20,000 nucleotides of DNA from Catajapyx aquilonaris (GCA_000934665.2 KZ538455.1:49701-69700); one strand, 5' to 3'; shown: positions 1 through 12,105, numbered from the stretch's first letter. The notes: generated from the letters alone by a model not told the origin. Translations and numbers: made by a program.

Positions 1-2016
1 CCGCATTTGGAATGGAGTAAAAAAAAAGAAGGTGGCTCCTAAATCTGATATCGTGAGCAACTTTTTTTGTTATGTGTCAGGGAGTTCGGGAGGTTCTGGT
101 CCTGGGGATTTGTAATTATGCGTGTCATCTTTTTTGGAGAAAGATAGTGGGGGGGGCGACAAGTTTTATATAGGGTCCAAAAACCCGACTGTGAATCGCA
201 TGCTGATGCCACGTACATTAAGTCACAAGTTGCGTAATAGCAGGCGCTAATATTTTCAGCCCGAAATGCTATAAAAACGTACGGGTATATGGGTACGGGG
301 TATAACTCATTCCTTTTATGCCCGTTTCCCCTGACCATGTTTGGTATTGCTGTACTGGCTAGCAGGAATTTTATGGGCATGGCACATGCGACTCATGAAT
401 GGGTGCATGTGTTGCTCGAATGGACGGGGGGTAAAAAAAAGAGTGTTAGATCAATACGTGTTAAGATGAAACAGGTCCACACACCACATTCCCCCGGGAA
501 TAGAAATTTTTAGCCCCCCCCTCCCCCCACCACCGAAATTTTTAGGCTACATTTTTGGCACTGCTCGGTTGGCAACCCGGATTCCAAAATTGGGCTGGAG
601 ATAGGCTCGGTTATTCGGGAGAATCCGGAGCTGTAACAGTGCTCTAACTGGGAAGGACTTTACTTGATGACCCCAGTGCAGCACCAGCCAGTGTGCGATA
701 AAAAGCAACCAGCAACGTACGAAATGAGTGCTTATGAACAAGGAGTAATTGCATGGTCTGATGGAGAGAGAAAAAAAAGTTGATAAGACACATTTGCACC
801 ACAGCTCAAGTTACGACTGGTTGGGTTTTTTTTTACAAATATTTTTGGCAAAAATTTTCACGTGAGAAAAATTACAAATTGCAAATTGGTTGTTGTCCAG
901 CTTGGTTGCCTGATTATCAGTTTTGCTATATTGAAGCAACGGTCCTTAACTTGCAGATTAACCTCCAGTTAAATCTCGGCGTCACACCCTGACGTGTACT
1001 AATTGGCACCGGCTGCTTATCATGCACACATGTTGGGGAGACTCCGGATGCTTCCGAAAAACAAGCGTTTTGTCAAACCCCCTCCCGGACACCAAAGTCA
1101 ACATCCATCATTTTCTGTGCATAAACTTCACATCGATCTGTTGACATTACCTGATACTGTACGGTTCGTACAAAAAAAATGGCAAAAATGAACCTGTGCC
1201 ATATATCCACTCTATAAAAAAAAAACCAGTTATTCAATCGGTTTGACGCAAACTGAGTTTAAAAAAAAAGACTGGTGGCGCCTTTTCGGGTGGCGCCAAC
1301 TCTTAGGTCGCCAACTTGATACTTTTCCACCCCCGCCTACCCCTCCTCTAATCGGAGGCAGGGAGTGGGGAGGGGAGGGGGAGGGTAGAAAGCATCGATC
1401 TCCATCATATCACCCTCCTTTTGGTCCTCCTGAGACCATCTCGGCTATTACATTGGAACGAGGACGGGATCCAGCCCAAGTTTAATGGAAGCATCCATCT
1501 TCCAAAAGCTGTGAAATGGTGGGCGTTGGCCATTTTCGGATGGAAAAAAAAGAACCTTTTTCCTACTACTCTCCTTCTTTTTTTTCTTTTTTGGAAGCTC
1601 AGACTCGTGATGTAAGTCGGGCTCAGATTTTTTTTTAGAGGAGGAGGAGGGTTTTCACTCTGTCGCTTCGTGGTCTTGCTGTTAAATAGGGGTCAAACTG
1701 CAGTGTAAAGCCGGCGGATTGGCTGGAGGCAAGTGCTTTATTGTTGCAATGATGCGGGCTCCCGATTGTTCATCTCTTAATCACCACTCTGGGGGGTCAA
1801 TTCCGGTTATGTCTGTCTGGAAACGTGGATATATGTATACCTTTTAATGGCAATTTGGCCAATTTCGCTCAGAAATATTATTTTTATGTATGCATGTACA
1901 GTACTATAATGTTATATTATCCTTAATTGATTATTTATTTATGTAATTTATTTATACGTTAACTAATCTGATCTTTTGTGTCCTTTAATTATTTGAATTG
2001 AGTAAATTTATTTGTG

Positions 2017-2370
2017 CATTTATTTAATTTTTGTGTATATTTATTTATGTTTATTTATTTGAATTTATTAAATTTATTTTTGCATTTAATTTTTGTGTAT
2101 ATTTATTTGTTTATTTATTTGAATTTATAAAATTTATTAATACATTTATTTATTCACACATTTATTTAATTTTTGTGTATATTTATTTATGTTTATTTAT
2201 TTGAATTTATTAAATTTATTTATACATTTATTTATTCATACATTTATTTAATTTTTGTGTATATTTATTTATGTTTATTTATTTGAATTTATTAAATTTA
2301 TTTATACATTTATTTATTCATACATTTATTTAATTTTTGTGTACATTTATTTATGTTTTATTTATTTGTC
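2017..2370. repeat. AT-rich minisatellite, ~82-bp unit, within an AT-rich low-complexity tract (~1880-2660)
   Basis: Seen: the anchor TTTTGTGTA recurs at 2029, 2091, 2171, 2253 and 2335 (periods 62, 80, 82, 82). The unit is built from TTTA subrepeats. Confidence 0.9.
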
Positions 2371-2660
2371 ATTTTGCATTATTTATTATTATTATGTTGA
2401 GTTTTATACCTTTATTAATGTATTTTGTTATTAATTTATTAAATAATTAATTAATTTCAGATTTGATTGGATATTTTTATTTGTAGATCTTATTTTTATT
2501 AGTGTATGTAATTATTTATTTTTCTTGTAGCTCTCCTTATTTGATATTGTTTTATTTGTGATATATTTATCATTTTATTTATCATTATATATTTTACTTA
2601 TTGTTATATTGGTATCGAAATTTTTATTATATGCGTATAAAATAATGAATATGAAATATA

Positions 2661-2995
2661 CAGGGTGTCTCATTTTTTTGTCCGAACAGTTATCAGAAAA
2701 TTACGCGTAGCTGCTACTTTTAAGCAGTGACTTGTAACCGGTGATTCGGCGGAGAAATTGGGAGTGGGGAATGTGGGAAAAGATGGTCACACATCCCAGG
2801 GCATGTGTGACCCTCTTTTTTCCAGGCTTGACCCTCAATTTTCAGCGGGCAGCACGTCTGCCACGTCAACCTACGATTCGCAGGGAATATTCCCCGTTCC
2901 TCAGAAAAATCACCGTTTGCAAGTCACTGCTTAAAAAGTAGCAGCTACGCGCAATTTTCCGATAACTGTTCGGACAAAAAAGATGAGACACCCTG
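2661..2995. mobile_element. Non-autonomous Tc1/mariner-type MITE (335 bp) with long TIRs and TA target-site duplication
   Basis: Seen: the left end CAGGGTGTCTCATTTTTTTGTCCGAACAGTTATCAGAAAATTACGCGTAGCTGCTACTTTTAAGCAGTGACTTG...GGTGATT (2661-2746) is the reverse complement of 2908-2995, with about 6 substitutions or indels. TA flanks both ends (2659-2660, 2996-2997). No transposase ORF lies inside. Known: TA|CAGGGTG termini with a TA TSD are typical of IS630-Tc1-mariner derivatives. Confidence 0.93.
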
Positions 2996-5000
2996 TATAT
3001 AATAAATAATGAATAAAATAATAACCACGGGTTTAAAATAATAAATAATAAGCAATAAATAAATGATATTGTTTATTATTTTAAAGTTTATACTCATTAT
3101 TTTATACGTACGGTATTTAATTATTTTGATATTTGGTCACTCTTAGCTCGGTGACATGTCGTGATCGTGCAATGGTCCTGGTAATTGCAAGTGCAAATGA
3201 AACGGTAATGTAAAGCGAGTGCGGGCAAGGGAAGAGGGGCGGCCCCGGGGGTTATACGACGCAACTTCATCCCTTGCGCCCGTTAACTTCGACTACTTAA
3301 GATCAAGTGCGGGCTGAAGCCTTGAGCAGGAATTTTCCAATAAAGTTTCCGTGCAAAGTTGAGCGCGCAAAGTGGCGATGCAGAATGAAGGTTTCGTCGC
3401 CGTTATGAGAACATAGGGGGGGTGAAATGGAACTCATTACTCCTCCTCACCCCTTCCCTGCCCCCCCTTTTCCAGCCATCCAAAACCCTACCCCAGGTCC
3501 ACATATATATCCGGGTACAGTCACAATCCGGGAGGGGGGGAAGGCCTCGTGAGACCTTTCCATTTGTCAAGAGTCGCTCCGGTGTCGCCTTCATGCGTGT
3601 AATTGCACAGGACAACACGCGCATTGCTGTGTACATTGCGGACATATCTGTCATAATTTTTGCGACTGTCGAGGTCAGCCCCATCTGTCGTTGGCGTCGC
3701 TGAATTTGTGCAATTTTGACAACAGAGGGCAAAATCGCTGCTACTTGTGTAAAAAATAGCAGCGATCAGGTACTGTAAGCACAGAAATTGCAATTTTTTG
3801 AGCCCCAATTTTGCAGACGATAGTACTGTTATAATTTCGCGATAAATCAACCGTGACATATGCACTGCTGGATTTTCATGACGAGTGAGAGCCCTTGTGA
3901 CGTCAGTGGGGGACAGCTTTTGGCGTCGTGTTTTTTTATAGCGTTCGCACTGTTTCTGACAGCGGTTATGCAGGGTAATATTAAGTGGGCAAGTAATTAT
4001 GCCAAGGGTATGCCAAGTGCTATACGGTGGGCCTCACGCGAGGGGTTGAATTTATGGGCATGAAAGACGATACCTTGACAAGCACTTGGCACTCCATTCG
4101 TCGAAATTTGTGCCGCACACAAGAATATGGCGACGGGAAATGTGGTTTTTTATTATTTTAGGAAGCGCAATTAATCTTTTTGGCTTTTAGATTGAAAAAG
4201 AAAGCGTGCGAGGAATTTGTGTTTTTGTTTCGATGAAAGATTTGTAGTACCTGCAGGATAATAACGTACTGCGGTGGACTGTAAATAAACAGGGGGGCAA
4301 CATTTTGTGCCCATTTGTGCCCAAAAAGTGCGTTCCATTTTTTAAGCGTGCTGAGCCAATTTTCGGGACACCTAGAATGGGTTTTTGGGGCCTGTGCTTC
4401 AAATATGTATGACCTCCGACCGATACGGAATCGTACCTCTGAGAACACAAGTAGTCGTACCTGAAGTGCTTATCTGAGAGCACTTACTCGCATTCGGCTA
4501 TTTTTAAGAAAAACTACTGGGGGCATAGTACGAGCCACACGGATGCCCATAGTAAATAATAGATACAAAAGAGGCCGGACTATACTTAATTTATGGCGTC
4601 TCCGGGACAAAACGAGGTCATTCTACAAATTGAACCTTTTATTACCGTTTGTTAGGCCCGTTTTGATCATAATATTTTCAAGCACAATTTGCATCGTCTG
4701 ATAGCAACAACGCCACAAAAATCGCTGCTAAACAATAGCGACGAATGTCTTACTTATTCATCAGTAGCAGCGACTGATAGCAATTTATCGGTTTGAGATT
4801 GCAACTATTGTCTCGGAATGTACTGTAAAAATGTAAGTAGATTATTGTTCAATTTTTGGTTATACAGTATACTCAGCATATGTCCCATGCCCTCATATGG
4901 GGGTTTAAAGTAAATAAATTAACAAATTAATAAATCCATACCTATAAAAGGCGAAGTTTGTCTAGGTTTCATGAATGAATGACTAAACAAGCCGGCAAGA

Positions 5001-5039
5001 AAATAAATAAATAAATAAATAAATAAACAAACAAAATAA
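5001..5039. repeat. (TAAA)n/(CAAA)n microsatellite
   Basis: Seen: about 6 TAAA units followed by CAAA units. Confidence 0.85.
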
Positions 5040-5059
5040 TGGATTCATTATGTTTCTTG

Positions 5060-5098
5060 CCGCTAGAATGCGCTGCTGAACATGTCGCCATCTAGCGG
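5060..5098. promoter_or_regulatory. Convergent pair of CTCF-like motifs
   Basis: Seen: CCGCTAGAATGCGCT (+, 5060-5074, degenerate) and CCGCTAGATGGCGAC (-, 5098-5084). Known: the CTCF core is CC[A/G]C[C/T]AG[A/G][T/G]GGCG. Binding has not been shown. Confidence 0.4.
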
Positions 5099-6669
5099 GC
5101 AATACAGGAAACCTGGTTTTCTGCCAATTGTTTTGGCAGGCTCTGTACAATAAGGCAGGGAAAACGGGCCAATTTCGGGCTCGACACATAACGGGCATAA
5201 TTTGTGTCTGAATCCTTCGTAATTCCAGGTATCTATCGACCTCTTTACACTCACTAATTTGAAAGGGCTAGAGGGCTTTACTTCCCGGGCCCAAGATTGC
5301 TCCTGTCAGATAGTACACCTAGAACGTATGTCATTTGCATATCATACACATGCCGGCTATTTAGAGAGAGAGGGGGGGTATAGGGGGGGTTTGAAAGTGG
5401 GATGGTGGTAGGGGGGGGACTAGGGGCGGAAGTAGGGGTAATGATGTGGGGTTTGTGGCTAACGACAAATGGTAATTAGGGTTGACGTGTTGCCGTCTAG
5501 ATGTGGCGCTAACATGAAACGCGATTGTGTCTTCATCATAGGGGGTGTTTTGCACGAGTCGGAGGCGTAGCTCACTGAAATATTTGTCGGTGCGTAACGC
5601 ATCCGGCTTTTTAAAAAAAAAAAATTAATGAATTTATACAGCAATTTAGGACGCGATTTATCGACATACTGTACCGGTACATTCAATGTCTGGGCATGTA
5701 TAGGCTATTCGATCTATCGTCATATAATTATTGTTGCATGTATCTTATAAATTTAAAATACCATATCGGTATTGAAAAATCGTGCCTACCTGTTGGCTAT
5801 ACTTTTGTTAGGGAACTTTCAATCAGATTATGCCAAACATTTAAAGCAGTTTTTGAATCCCAATTTTCTACGCGTAAGTGATAGCACGTTCCATGTCCGT
5901 TTCATTGAATCGGATCGCATAAAGGGGGCCGTAGGTTGTTGGCTTTTCAGTCGGATTATTCTGATGAAGAGACTTTTTTCATGGAGTTTTGTTCGGACCA
6001 TTCTATCCAGGCTTTTATAAAATTTCAACAGCAGTAGTCACACGCAGCGAAGTGGAACCATTCATCAGTAGGCTTTACTGTACCAATGTTCGTTGCGCTT
6101 CGGCTGATATAAACTGATTTGTGTGGAATTAAAACGGTATAGAACTCCCAGAGGCCTACAATGATCACTTGCATTCCTGACACAGAGGTAGGCTCCTCCC
6201 AAAAAAATCTCCGCAGTGAATTATCAGGTGATCAATACATATCGAACAGTTATCAAATTGACGCCCTTTTTTTCTTCTAAGAAGTAGAATTTCTTAGCAT
6301 TCTTTTTTTTTCTCCCTCCAGTTTTCTTATTCTCGCTTCGGTGGAAATAAAAGAAAGTTTCTGCGTGCGTGTCTTTTCCAAATGAACTTTTTAAGGGAGG
6401 AGGAGGTAGAGGGAGAAAGGGGGGGGTTAGAAGCAATTTGGATACTGCGAAGTTCTGTAAACAGGTCCTGGCTTCTCGGATTAAGCGGAATTCGTGCGTC
6501 GCGCCCATGCGAGAAGCTCTCTTTTCGTAATTACGGACCTTCATTCACGAAAAAGACACCCGGGACGTTATTACTGCCTGGGAAAAATTTAAGCTAATAC
6601 TGCTACTCTCCTGTACAAAGCTAAGCCTCACATTAATGGCTATAAAAAAATATTAAGCATGCGAGCAAA

Positions 6670-7010
6670 CTTGAACGGTTATTCACCCTCCATATAATCA
6701 CATGTGTATGTTTCAGCCTCAACAGAGTCTGAGAGCCCCAAAATGTCCTCTCTGTTCATCCAACTGTTTCTAGCTCTGTTTGTATTTCCAGCCTCCTCTA
6801 AACCCGCCTTCTCGATGTAATCCTGCTTACCAAACAACGATTGCGCGACTCAAACTCCCCCCCTCCTCCGACGGTGTGATTGATCCTGTGGTGACACCCT
6901 TCTAGACCGCCATTTTGGACTAAGCTAGAGACCGGCTTCTAATTCACCGGGGCTTCCTTGCCACATTCCTAACCGTGTTTTTAACGTTCCTTGGAACTCT
7001 GAGGAAGAGA
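6670..7010 (-). mobile_element. Highly degraded LINE (CR1/L2/Jockey-like) reverse transcriptase relic
   Basis: Minus strand: FL-/-EFQGTL-/-TV (7006-6971; cf. FLDFQKAFDTV), *IRS (6946-6935; cf. WIRS), and GGTGTCaCCACAGGATCAATC (6898-6878), which reads GVPQGSI after two single-base indels. The order matches RT domains 3-4. Confidence 0.4.
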
Positions 7011-8209
7011 GGGGGTGGAAAAAATACCAGGAGCCGAGGTAACAAATGGGTGCAATATTCTAGGGTGGGCTGGGTGTAATTTAACGCGCGGGTGAGATCT
7101 GCGCGCTGTGGCTTCCAATCCAATATTGTGACTTTAGGGGCAGAATTTTTTTTAAAAAGGGGGGAGAGTTAGACAATTATGTACCTACGGTGTTCTACAC
7201 CCCTGGAGATAGAAGTACTCGGACCGCTTGTGTTAACATAGCATTGGGGTAGGGGGGGAGGGGGCACCCTCCACTACGTCCTCTAAATTAGTGCCCTATT
7301 TACCTCCAGTGCAAATTCATTTACGAGGGGGGAGAAACCCAGGATCGATTCACCCACATCCAGCACCCACTCTTTTGGAAATCACGAGGAGCGTTATTTG
7401 CATTTCCAACTGGAAAGCAAAACGTGGGGGGGGGGGGGGGGGNTTTTTGGGGGGGGGGAGGGGGGCAAATGAAGTGGGTTGCATTGGATGTTATATTCAC
7501 ACCTGGAACGGGCATGAAAGGAAAATTTTTTTGAGCTGAAAGGACTGCTTAACCTGAATATCCACCACTTATCACAAAACTAAATATGTAAATAAATAAA
7601 TTCGGCAAAAAAGCGCGTATAAAATCGTGCAGATGACGACAAATCGATTTGTGTATTAACCACATTTTCATATGGATGTGTCCATTGCTAACTGGAGGTC
7701 TAACAATTTGAGGCCATTTCCTCAGAACGGTTATAGCGAAATTGAATTTACTAGTCTGACACAGGAAATGAAGGAAAAGTGGCGTGTTCCTCTCCTTCTC
7801 CAAAAAAGAGGGGGCTGTCATTGACGCTGGGGGCTTTTGAAAGTGAAACTAATGTTGTACACCGCTTTTCCTTATTAGGCCTTCAGAGGTTATAAACCCT
7901 GCTGATTGACTATTTTGGTGTGTCAAAGGGACGCCCCCCAAAGTTAAAAAGAAGGCCTGAACTTACTCCCATCAGAGCGAGCCTGGGCCCCAAAATTCAC
8001 TTAAGAGAGGTTCAACGTACCTGTGACCGAAATATCTCCACAAAATTTTGCATTTGCAACATGCTTTACTCCCTGCTTACATCACTCTAGTCTAGATGGC
8101 AATAGGGCTCTACATGCAGTATCGCGATTTACATATTGGTAATCAATACCGCATAAATATCGAATCTCATCGAAACTGTATCGCATATGTCGCACATCTA
8201 CTTCATGAA

Positions 8210-8580
8210 GTATTATATTGTTAGTAATGTATGAAAAGATTTTATTAAAATTGTTAGTACAGTATATTAAAATGAACGTATGAAAAGATTTTATTGAAAT
8301 TGTAAGTAGGCTACAGTATATTAAAATGAACGCATGAAAAGATTTTATTAAAATTGTTATATTAACAGTATATATGAAAATATTTTTGTTACTAATGCGT
8401 TACTAATGTACGAAAATATTTTTATAATGTTACTAATGTATGAAAAGATTTTAATATGTATTAATTTTATGGAAATATTTTTATTTTGTATTAATTTTAT
8501 GAAAATATTTTTATTTTGTATTAATTTTATGAAAACATTTTAAAAATACGTGTAAATTAATTTTACGAATATATTTCATG
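8210..8580. repeat. AT-rich degenerate minisatellite (ATGAAAA[G/T]ATTTT core; ~50-bp then ~30-bp period)
   Basis: Seen: ATGAAAAGATTTTATT at 8231, 8280 and 8334, followed by repeats such as TGTATTAATTTTATGAAAATATTTTTATTT at ~30-bp spacing (8457-8540). Confidence 0.85.
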
Positions 8581-9049
8581 ATATTATATTACAAAGGGAC
8601 AATGTCACGCATTTCATAAAAATTTTCTGTACATGCACTTTTACAAAACGTGATAGCAGTAAATATTGGAATTTGACTTAATATTTGCCAATGTAATATT
8701 GGAGGGAAAATATCGAAGCTTCCTACCCATTCCCTGTAGGTGTCAGGGCGATCTGTACCCGCAGGGTTGCCACATAACCGGAATTTGCGTGCTGTAATTG
8801 TTTATGAAAATATTTCCGGTTAGGTCCGAGGCGGAAAGTAATAACCGTTATTGATGGCGAATGACTGGAATGATGGGAAATGGCGAGTGACTGAGGGCGG
8901 CTTGGGGATACGGGGATCGATGAAATTGCCGAGCTGGCAGAGAGAGAGAGAGACCCATCTCCTCCATCCCCCCCACCTCCCCACACCCTTCTTTTGAAGA
9001 CGGATTGAGGAAAATTGGATGCAACCGAGCAAAGTGGGTTCTTCTCTCT

Positions 9050-9074
9050 TCTTCCTCCTCCTCCTCCTCCTCCT
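9050..9074. repeat. (CCT)n microsatellite
   Basis: Seen: about 7 CCT units, which explain the poly-Ser and poly-Gly runs in the overlapping ORFs. Confidence 0.85.
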
Positions 9075-9989
9075 GCTGCAGGGAGGAGGAAAGGGGGGGC
9101 TCTAATGAGCTTCCTTTTCACCGTGACCTTATGAGCCATCCAGTTCACTCTCCCGGCAGCAATATAAGTCCAAATCGGCCACGATTTGATTCTCCCGCGA
9201 GCAAGGAAGGCGGGGGAGGGAGTCTGGGAGTAAGGATTTCTGCGTCAGGCCTGATTGGGGAGGACGCTGTAAAGTGGCACAATCAAGCGGCCCAGTGGTT
9301 TTTGGACCGGTGTCAAGAAGCGGACTACTATTGTGTCCACTAGATTTAATTGCTGCCTGATTTTATTACGCGAGAGGCGAATTATCGGGCATGTAAGGAA
9401 ACAATGGCGCCAGTGGGGGTGACCACAAATTTTTTTTTGATTTGGAACACACTGCTGTACTGCCACGATGTGACCAGACGGTCAGTATTTTGAGACCACA
9501 GCATATTGTGACCTGTGTGCCAACTCTCAATAGCCTGAAAGTGGGTCAGGTAGCCCGAATATACTGTACTAACAAACTTTCCACTTTGTACAGTGTAATA
9601 TACGTCACCAAACCATTGTGTTGGTTCTATGATTACTATTTTTTTCTATATTTTTCGGTGGTTGTGTAAGCATCGCAATGCCAGCAAAGTGCGAACACCT
9701 TTCACTGCCATGTCGTGGGAAAATGAAAAATCCGAGACCTGCCGGTATATATGAAAGCCCGGAAATCCCAGACTGACGTTCCTTCAATATCCCCCCAAAA
9801 TGATATTCGATCCATGGCTCAATCCGCTCTAGTCAAGTCCAGCTACCTGTAAGTACAGACAGGCTTTTTTTTGCACTCTATTTTTTGTGTAACCGTAAAT
9901 ATGAACCGTTTTGCTCAACTTTAATCATCCAATATCCTCGCCTCCATTTTGTCTTGTCGTTTTCCTCTGAAAAAGCACTCCCCAGGGTG

Positions 9990-11000
9990 TGAATTATTAA
10001 TATCCGTCGGACAATACCATCGATGTAACCACCCCTCCCTCCCACGTTGTTGGGCCAACATTTTGGACCCCCCCGTTGTAGTGAGTGCCAATATAAAAGA
10101 CGAGACCCAGGGCGCACATCCGAGCCATCAAGTGATTCAGGCGACGACAAGTGGTAAGAACCTCTCTTTCGTCGCGATGCTCCATCAGGAAAGCAGCCTC
10201 CAGCCTTTGAAATGGGGTACCCGGATTCCCATTTTGCTCCCAGAGAAATTGAAGCTGACGCACCCCCCAAAAAAGTGGTGTATCACCGGTGTCACCGGAG
10301 GGGACAAAAAAATGGTGGGTGTCCTGAGGGACATTTTTGCAAATTTAGTCCTGCGGATATTTATTATCGAGACTCGCTAAGCTCGGCGGTGGGGGCTTCG
10401 TCTCCCCACATTGTTGGGCTTCGCCCCCGGGGTGAGTAGATGGTATTCCGCGCATATTTCCATTACCTTAATACTTTCTAGAGTAAAATAGAGAAAAACC
10501 AGTTTCTAGAAATGTTTGGAACAACTTCGCATCCGGAGTGGGTTTTACAGCGGCTCTCCATTCCGGTGGATAGCAATTTTGATTCCGAAGCTTCCTGAAA
10601 GTCGTATACTTTCCAATTCCATTTGTGAAGAGGAGCTAACATGTAAGTCATGCGGCTGAAGAGGAGTCGTAGAGAAAGAATTGGAGGATCACTGCCTAGG
10701 GTGGGGGGGGATCATTAGCGAATTGAGGCCCCCCCTCAAAGGGAGGTGCATCCTGTTTGGAAGCTTGACCTCTCCTGGCTTAAACCCCTCCCCACAAGTT
10801 CTTTTCTAGGAAGAAAACCTTTAGATAAGAAAAGGATTCGGTAGGGTTTTACCTTAATAGAATGGTTTTTTTTTTGTTGCGAAGATGGGCATATGTGTTG
10901 CATGCAATTGTTGGACCCTAGCACGTATCAAAGTCGAGGCGTAATTGATTTGGTTGCGGGCGAAATTGTGTGCTCGGATGCTTATCGGCATCACGGCTAA
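9990..11000 (-). mobile_element. Highly degraded Ty3/Gypsy pol relic (RNase H to integrase)
   Basis: Minus-strand segments in canonical order across frames: PNQLRLDFDTC (cf. P.KPL.L.CDAS), SSQQKKNHS (cf. AE.NYS), KPYRILF..KGFLP (cf. KPL..IF...KGIP), STHPG (10437-10426; cf. integrase H..HPG), QQCGETKPPPP (cf. C..CQ...PP), LDNKYP (cf. VDAYSKWP), QFLWEQNG (cf. F...NGI), LEAAFLMEHR (cf. L..FL..YR) and RPGSR...GPKCWP (cf. GD.V...GPKW.P). These are by-eye matches only. Confidence 0.4.
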
Positions 11001-11529
11001 TGTAGTCTGATTGGACTAACTCGGAATGTGCACAGGCTGCCATGTTGATAGTTGTGATGCAGCAAGCCCAGAGCACCCTGGTTTTGCAGCTGATACCGGA
11101 CTCAGGGAAACAACAGATGGCTGGAACCAAGAAGAGAGCAGGGGGAAAAAAAAACTAAAAAATAAACGAAGCCAGGAGAGAGCTAGAGAGACCGAAATTG
11201 GAAATTTTAATGCCATTATGGATTCCTAGTGTAAGATGGCGGCGGGTCATCGGCACGGTGCCATCAGTAAATTAATGCGCAAAATTCGGAATCCCTAATT
11301 ATTTGGCAGATTTCGCCATATCTGCATAATATGCACTGTACGAGCCTCGCACCAGCATGGACGGCCCTAGGGAATATCAGCCAGGTTGTCCAATTAGCTA
11401 GACTGAAAATATCAGCTACTGGTACTTTTAAAATATTAGCTATAGATTGTAAAATTAACTATATCGTAAATTTTTTTAGCTATATACTTTAAAACACCAG
11501 GCTAGATTTAGTAGATTGTAAAATTAACT

Positions 11530-11725
11530 GGGGGGACTGGGGAGGGTAGAAGCGCCATCTATGGTTGCCGCAGATGAGACACAAAAGTTCATTTTTAAAT
11601 ATCATAAGTTTTGGGTATTTAGACTTTAAAAAGTGCGGATTTCGGACTTTTACCTGAATCAGCAGCATGTAAGACATCTGTGTGCCAAGTTTCAGAACTC
11701 TCAGAGTTGGGGAAGTGGGTTAGGT
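11530..11725 (+). mobile_element. Possible non-autonomous Helitron/Helentron (DINE-1-like) fragment
   Basis: Seen: a block of different composition interrupts the AATATTAGCT array and contains CTGTGTGCCAAGTTTCAG (11678-11695). Inference: this resembles the TGT[G/A]CCAA[A/G]TTTCA motif I recall from arthropod DINE/Helentron-associated elements. Termini were not identified. Confidence 0.35.
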
Positions 11726-11776
11726 AGCCGTGATATACATGTATACAACCTTTCCCGTTTATATATGCAAGATAAA

Positions 11777-12046
11777 ACCGAAGCAGTGGCGGCGGAGGGG
11801 ATATGGTATTCGACTGCTAATCGGGAGGTCCTGGGTTCGAATCCCGGTGCCGGCAACTCTAACCGCGGCTTTCTGTGGTTTCCCACGGTTCCTCCAGGAG
11901 AATTCCGGAGTTGTTTCCTAAACTAATAGGCCACAGCCGCCTCCTTCCTTTCCTGTCCCAAAAAGCGCAGTAAAAACGAAAAAACGAAGAGTTCCAGTCA
12001 AAAAATATCCCCCCTAAAGAGCCACCGGTTGATAACGGGATATGAA

Positions 12047-12105
<59 letters not shown>
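11777..12105 (+). mobile_element. Full-length tRNA-derived SINE with (ATT)n tail and 15-bp TSD
   Basis: Seen: A-box-like TGGCGGCGGAGG (11787-11798), anticodon-arm-like TTCGA-CTGCTAA-TCGGG, and a perfect B box GGTTCGAATCC (11834-11844) in a T-arm CTGGG/CCCGG. The body is unrelated to tRNA and ends in an (ATT)n tail at ~12046-12105. An identical TATATGCAAGATAAA flanks both sides (11762-11776, 12106-12120). From memory, the body GTGGTTTCCC...CCTCCAGG.GAATTCCGG...TAGGCCACAGCCGCCTCCTTCC resembles the central domain of arthropod SINEs such as termite Talua and locust Lm1; this is not verified. Confidence 0.92.

Noticed and set aside
1437..1510. Possible Gypsy RT fragment HLGYYI-/-EDGIQP on the plus strand
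   Set aside because: It covers only about 13 codons and needs a frameshift, with no supporting flanking motifs.
8723..9343. Overlapping 141-aa and 112-aa ORFs as real genes
   Set aside because: The poly-Gly/Ser runs come from (CCT)n, (GA)n and poly-C/G tracts. I see no recognisable domain or supported exon structure.
1378..11551. 13-bp identity GGGGAGGGTAGAA at 1378 and 11539
   Set aside because: Low-complexity purine-rich match whose flanks do not extend.
11780..11855. Functional tRNA gene (anticodon-like GCT)
   Set aside because: The acceptor stem does not pair, there is no long variable arm as expected for tRNA-Ser, and the head is embedded in a body with a tail and TSD. It is a SINE head.
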